From contig OZ024740.1 of the NCBI GenBank assembly GCA_964016885.1, positions 311,240,001 to 311,304,000 on the forward strand: DNA of 64,000 nucleotides. The letters run 5' to 3'. The translations under genes and the position numbers were made by a program. Below the pieces are notes generated by a model, which saw only the letters and a program-made list of their open reading frames with translations, was not told the origin of the DNA and searched no databases. The DNA is from Eledone cirrhosa (taxonomy: Eukaryota). Each line of letters starts with the position of its first letter. Within the stretch, counting starts at the first letter, position 1. Of the stretch, positions 58,831 through 64,000 are shown one piece after another.

Positions 58831-60553
58831 ATGTAAAAGAATAAGGAAACCTGATATTTCGGAGGATGCTTTTTAACTGAATGAATAAGGTCAGAAATGT
58901 TGTAGAAGTGTAATAATAATGTTGTTAGGATAATGAAATCAATAGGCAATCCATTCTTTTTTTATATCTTGTTTTAGTGGAGGAAGTTGGGGTGGTATGT
59001 AATATTAATTAAAATTATACTAATCATTAATCAATATTGTCTTTTCTTCACCGCATCATTATTTCTTATTAGCTATTTAATAGTCTCTGCATTGAATATG
59101 GTAGCTCTAACTTGACTCTTTATATAAAGGTTTATATTAGTTATATAAACACATTCCATAGGAATGTATCTGTAGTCATCTAAATACAGTTGTTAACGCT
59201 GTTGCTAATGCTGCTGCTGTTGTTGATGACGTGGGAAGAGGGTGGGGGGAAAGAAGGAGAAAAGAGGAGGAGAGAGGAAGAAAGAGGAGAAGAAAGACGA
59301 AGGGTAGGACGAAGAGGAGGAGTAATTACAACCAGCGAGCATTGACATCAAACAAAGTGACAATGGCCATTTCTACGTATTATTAATCATATATTTCATT
59401 TATTCCCATGTTTGAGTGCTATAACTATCACTACTCTTCCATTCCGCTACGCCTGCGCTAGACATTCTTCTTTCCTCGCATCATTGGTATGTTTTATTAT
59501 CTGCTTTTATCACATGAATAAGCGTCCTTTGAGAGATTGAGAGAGACTGTGTATGGCTAGAAATAATAACCAAATCTCCCATATTACCTCAAGTAAATAA
59601 AAACATATTTGAAAGATCATAATGCATCGAGTGAAAGTCGATGATGTTAACATGGCACAATTCAGTCTTTATTCAGGATTTTATCATCGTAAAAGAAATA
59701 AACGTGGTCCAACACCCAAAACTGAGATGTGAAAGCTAACCATCGGGAATTCACTTTTTGCTCAGCGACTCTTACCAACATCCACAAACATGGAAAGAGA
59801 CACGACCTTATAATTTGAAGGATGATTAAAGATTATTATCATGTTCATGCTTTTGGGTAAAAATTGTATATAAATGAAAAGAATCAGCTTTAACTAGGGA
59901 TGGAAATCGCAACATGATATCAATTTGTAAAATGCCATGACCAATTAAATACAATATCATATTTTATGTTCTTTGGCGGATTTTTCTCTGTGCAAACTAT
60001 CTGAAGGGCGTTATATGATTATATTTTAAAATTCATAATAGGATAATTTTTCAATTGACATGTCTCAATTTACAAGAAAAAAAAGGAATATTCTTTTACT
60101 GCACCTGTTCACAAAACATTATCTCTACCTTATACATTTTGAGCAGCAACCACATTTTTTATTAATTTGCTGGAAAAAAACTACTATAACTTTATTTTTA
60201 GGGCTTTATATATCTCCCCAAAGGATTTGAAATATGAGGTTGATATTTAGTGCTAGTTAGTTTTTAGCCCAAATGGTTAAAAGAAATGAATTTAACATGA
60301 AACGAATAACAAAATATTCTTTGTCTCCCGTATTTGCATTCATTCTTTATTTTAAAATATAAAGGAATATAAACATTTTCGAAATATTTGTTTAACCTTA
60401 GATTAGTCTTAAAAGGTTTTAATTCATATGTTTTCTAATCGCTAATACAATCAAATCTATATGAGTTGACTACCATAATCCTATTTTGTTATATTATGCT
60501 ACGGACCTGGCAGAGTCCATCTATATCTCGTCAACCTACGTTATTTAAACACG

Positions 60554-60725
60554 TGGATTGGCAGTATCGGTAGAGAGTCGGACGCCATGCTTTCTAGTAT
60601 AGTTACGTCCCTTTACGGACTGAGTTCAAATCCCGCCGAGATTAACTTTGCCTTTCATCCTTTCGGGGTCGATAAAATAAAATACCAGTAATGTGCTGGC
60701 CTTGTGCCAAAAGTAGAAACAATTA
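60554..60725 (+). mobile_element. SINE family 1, TSD ttatttaaacacg
   Basis: Consensus plus a 13-bp flanking direct repeat. Confidence 0.9.
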
Positions 60726-62853
60726 TTTAAACACGAGATTACAAGGAAATACAAAAGTCTATAATTTTCTAAGTTTCATAGAAAAGTGACATCTACTACA
60801 ACGACGTACCCATTTGCAACGATAAAACCGTCCTGAATGAAGAATTTTGACCAAATATACAGTATGGCACTAGTAACTGTATTAAAAAAAAGACCCTCTG
60901 ATTGGTAATCTGACAACAGCTGTTACATTATATATTTGCTTGATGTGGCGCTTAAAATATAGATTACTATATCATAATTTGAAGGCACGTGGCTTAGTGG
61001 TTAGAGAGTTGGATATGCAATTGTGAAGTTGCGATTTCAATTCTCTGACCGTGTGGTGCGTATTGAGAAATACACTTTATTTCACGTTGTTTCTTCTGCT
61101 AGGAGTTGCAGCCGGTTGATAAGATCAGCAATGGAAATACCAATGGAAACATTGTTTCCTTGGTGCAATATGTCGATCGATCAGGGCGATGTAATAGTTA
61201 CTTTTCCAAATTTTAACACTTTCAAGACTTTTACGCCACAATGCTGTGTTGGTTCTCTAAATTATTTCAGTTGAACCAATTACGGATTTTATCATACCCT
61301 TTCAAGAAACACTAGTTTCGAATCCTAGCTTTTGACGCTGTTTTACATCAATGCCGAAGATGTGACATATAATATCAGCAATAGAAAAACTAATAGAAAC
61401 ATAGCTTCTTTGGTCCGATCTGACGATCGGCTCCTTTTAAAATTGCTGTTGAGATGTTCACAAAACATTTTCTAATATATAGGCAGTTAGAAATAAAGAA
61501 AAATATCTTCCATCAGGAGTTGAAACCGGATTGCAAGGTCAGTCTATCAACAATGTCGAATGTAAATATTGTTTTCTAAGAAACATAATCTAAAAGTATA
61601 TTTAAATTAAGGCAATGAGATTATGTGAACTTTCACGCGATTCTTAAGAGAATTAGTGACGTAAATATAGTTTATTAGCTCAGAATAGAAATCTATAGCG
61701 GATTGTGAAACTGTCCGGTTAGGAAATTAAGCAACAAGTGATGGTTTGCATCTACAAAAGCCATTTAATAATGTTATCAAATTTGAATAAGTTTGTGTAC
61801 ATTGTGGGGATGAGATTATTGATGTTTTGAAAAAAAAACCTTCTTTGGGGAGAAACATTTTGTAATGTTTATGATAACGCTCAGCATATAGGTTTTGGTC
61901 AGGACCTTACCTTTATTCTAAAGAAAATTAATATTAACTGATTATTAGATTATAGATAAAAAAAAAATAAGCGCTTCTCCGTCATGATATGATTTATTAT
62001 TTTATCGATCAGAAATAGCAATTATTACTGAAAGTTATAAGCGAAAGAAAAACAATTAAAACACTGTCTCCAATTTGATTAGGTTAAACGAAACTTTTTA
62101 ATGTTTTGTTTTGAATCAGCATATCAGACTTTTTAATTCATTAATGAAGGCGATGATATCAGCAATTATATGATTAATTATATGCCACACGAACATAATG
62201 GGATTTTTTTTGCCCGTTTACATAAGGAAATTATATTAGCTATTTAAAATTTATTAGAAAAGTTGACCATCCAACTGTTATGTTCAGAGATTATTCACAG
62301 TGTGTCTGAATAGAAAAATAATTTCCAATTTTATATTAATAACGTTGTCTCTAATCCCAATATGCAGTCAAGGAAACCTCTGTATACCTCGAATTCGTCT
62401 AGTGTTTTTCGAGAAAGTCAGTTTGGTGGAATCAATTCGTATTCAATTTAAACCACAGGAAAATGTTCATATCTGCACTGCAAACCAATGAGAAATGCTT
62501 CAATTCCAAGAATTGAAATTTTTACATCTTGTTCTAGGTTTTGGAAATTTTGCTTTCTTTTTTGAAACATCAACCCCCTCCCCAAAAAACACCAACCAAC
62601 TCAGTGGACAAACTTACAGTGTATAAATTCCTGCAACTCTGTGGTTCGATACATTCACCTAACCATATTTGCAAATCAGGATTACACGACCAACTGTGCA
62701 AATAACATCATTAGCATTCCAGCTTGAGTGTGCTGCCATGATTTTATATTTGATGTTATGTAAGAGTGAAAATAAATTTACGTGTGTGTATGCATATATA
62801 TATGTATGTGTGTGTGTGTGTATGTGTGTGTGCGTGTATGTGTGTGTGTATGC

Positions 62854-62895
<42 letters not shown>

Positions 62896-63086
62896 TATAT
62901 ACTCGAGTAATAGTTAGTCTCATGTAAAGGTCAACCCTAGTATTTCACGAATAACAGGTCAACATTTGTGGGTCAATGTATCAACGTAGAAATAACATGG
63001 TAATCTAAACTATACTAAAGTAAGAAGCGCGGGACTGCGTACGGTTTATAATTTGTTATCCCCTTAGTAAAATAAGTTGGATTACT

Positions 63087-63617
63087 TTGAATAAATAATT
63101 GTTTCTACGTTAGGAACAAGGCCAGCAATTACCCAGTGCATTACTGGTACTTTATTTTATCGACCCCGTAAAGATGAAAGGCAAAGTTTACCTTGGCGGG
63201 ATTTAAACTCAGAAAGGCAAGGGCCATAACTCTATACGTCAAAGCATGGCGTCCGACCCTCAACCAATACTGCCAATCCACTGCCCCTTGAATAAATAAT
63301 TGTTTCTAGAATAGGCACAAGGCCAGCAATTATTCCAGTGTATTACTGGTACTTTATTTTATCGACCCCCGTTAGGATGAAAAGCAAAGTTAACCTCGAC
63401 GGGATTTGAACTCAGAATGGCAAGGGCCGTAACTCTATGCGTCAAAGCATGGCGTCCGACCCTCTACCGATACTGCCAATTCACAGCCTTTGAATAAATA
63501 ATTGTTTCTATTTTAGGCACAAGGCCAGCAATTCCTCAGTACATTACTGGTACTTTATTTTATCGACCCCGTAAGGATGAAAGGCAAAGTTAACCTCGGT
63601 GGGATTTGAATAAATAA
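63087..63617 (-). mobile_element. three stacked SINE family 1 copies separated by ttgaataaataat (x4)
   Basis: Copies at ~63095-63286, ~63297-63488 and ~63498-63610 (last is 5'-truncated). Confidence 0.9.
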
Positions 63618-63965
63618 TGAATGAATATTACATAATTTATCTACTAAATTTCGTGGCGGTTCATTAAATATATTTTATTACTTATTTAAAGATTCACTTC
63701 TTTAAAATTTTCAAATGTCAACACTTCCGGTTGACGATCGTTTAAATAAATATTCATATATTTCTGTCACTAATTTTCTCCTAATGCAGTTTATATATAA
63801 TATCGTCTTTTTTTAATGTATCATGGATTACGTTACTGATTACATAAGACAGTGTAATACAGTCTTCCTTCAATTTCTGTTTATATTGTCAATTACGATT
63901 TTATTTGATCATATCTACATGCATATATACTTGCGTATAATATCAATATACACACTACACATGCC

Positions 63966-64000
63966 AGCAGAAAACCACCCGAAGGGTGGTTTTTCTGCTA
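63966..64000. mobile_element. Helitron-like terminal hairpin, same family as 49816/50807
   Basis: agcagaaaaccacccgaagggtggtttttctgcta; runs off the window end. Confidence 0.7.

Overview
AT-rich, microsatellite-dense eukaryotic DNA with no recognisable host exon. The dominant tRNA-derived SINEs resemble those I associate with octopod cephalopods; the taxon is an inference. The window is a transposon graveyard: fragments of L1/Tx1, RTE and RLE-type (R4/Dong-like) LINEs, Helitrons, hAT/Tc1/piggyBac MITEs, about 20 SINE copies and several Penelope-like element (PLE) GIY-YIG fragments. The striking signal is non-coding. I can fold 14 complete or near-complete type I hammerhead ribozyme (HHR) cores by eye, plus several partial ones, nearly all in modules next to (TA)n arrays. 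Three linked observations stand out. (1) A family of 300-470 bp tandem HHR units (retrozyme-like) has covarying extended stem I, and three of its loci carry octamer motifs. (2) One such unit sits directly upstream of an open 241-aa GIY-YIG endonuclease ORF with no reverse transcriptase. (3) A covarying ACTC-stem-loop-2nt bulge-GAGTRC hairpin recurs about 11 times, usually 45-75 nt before a microsatellite, in otherwise dissimilar element tails. Coordinates of decayed elements are approximate, and all folds and homologies were made by eye.
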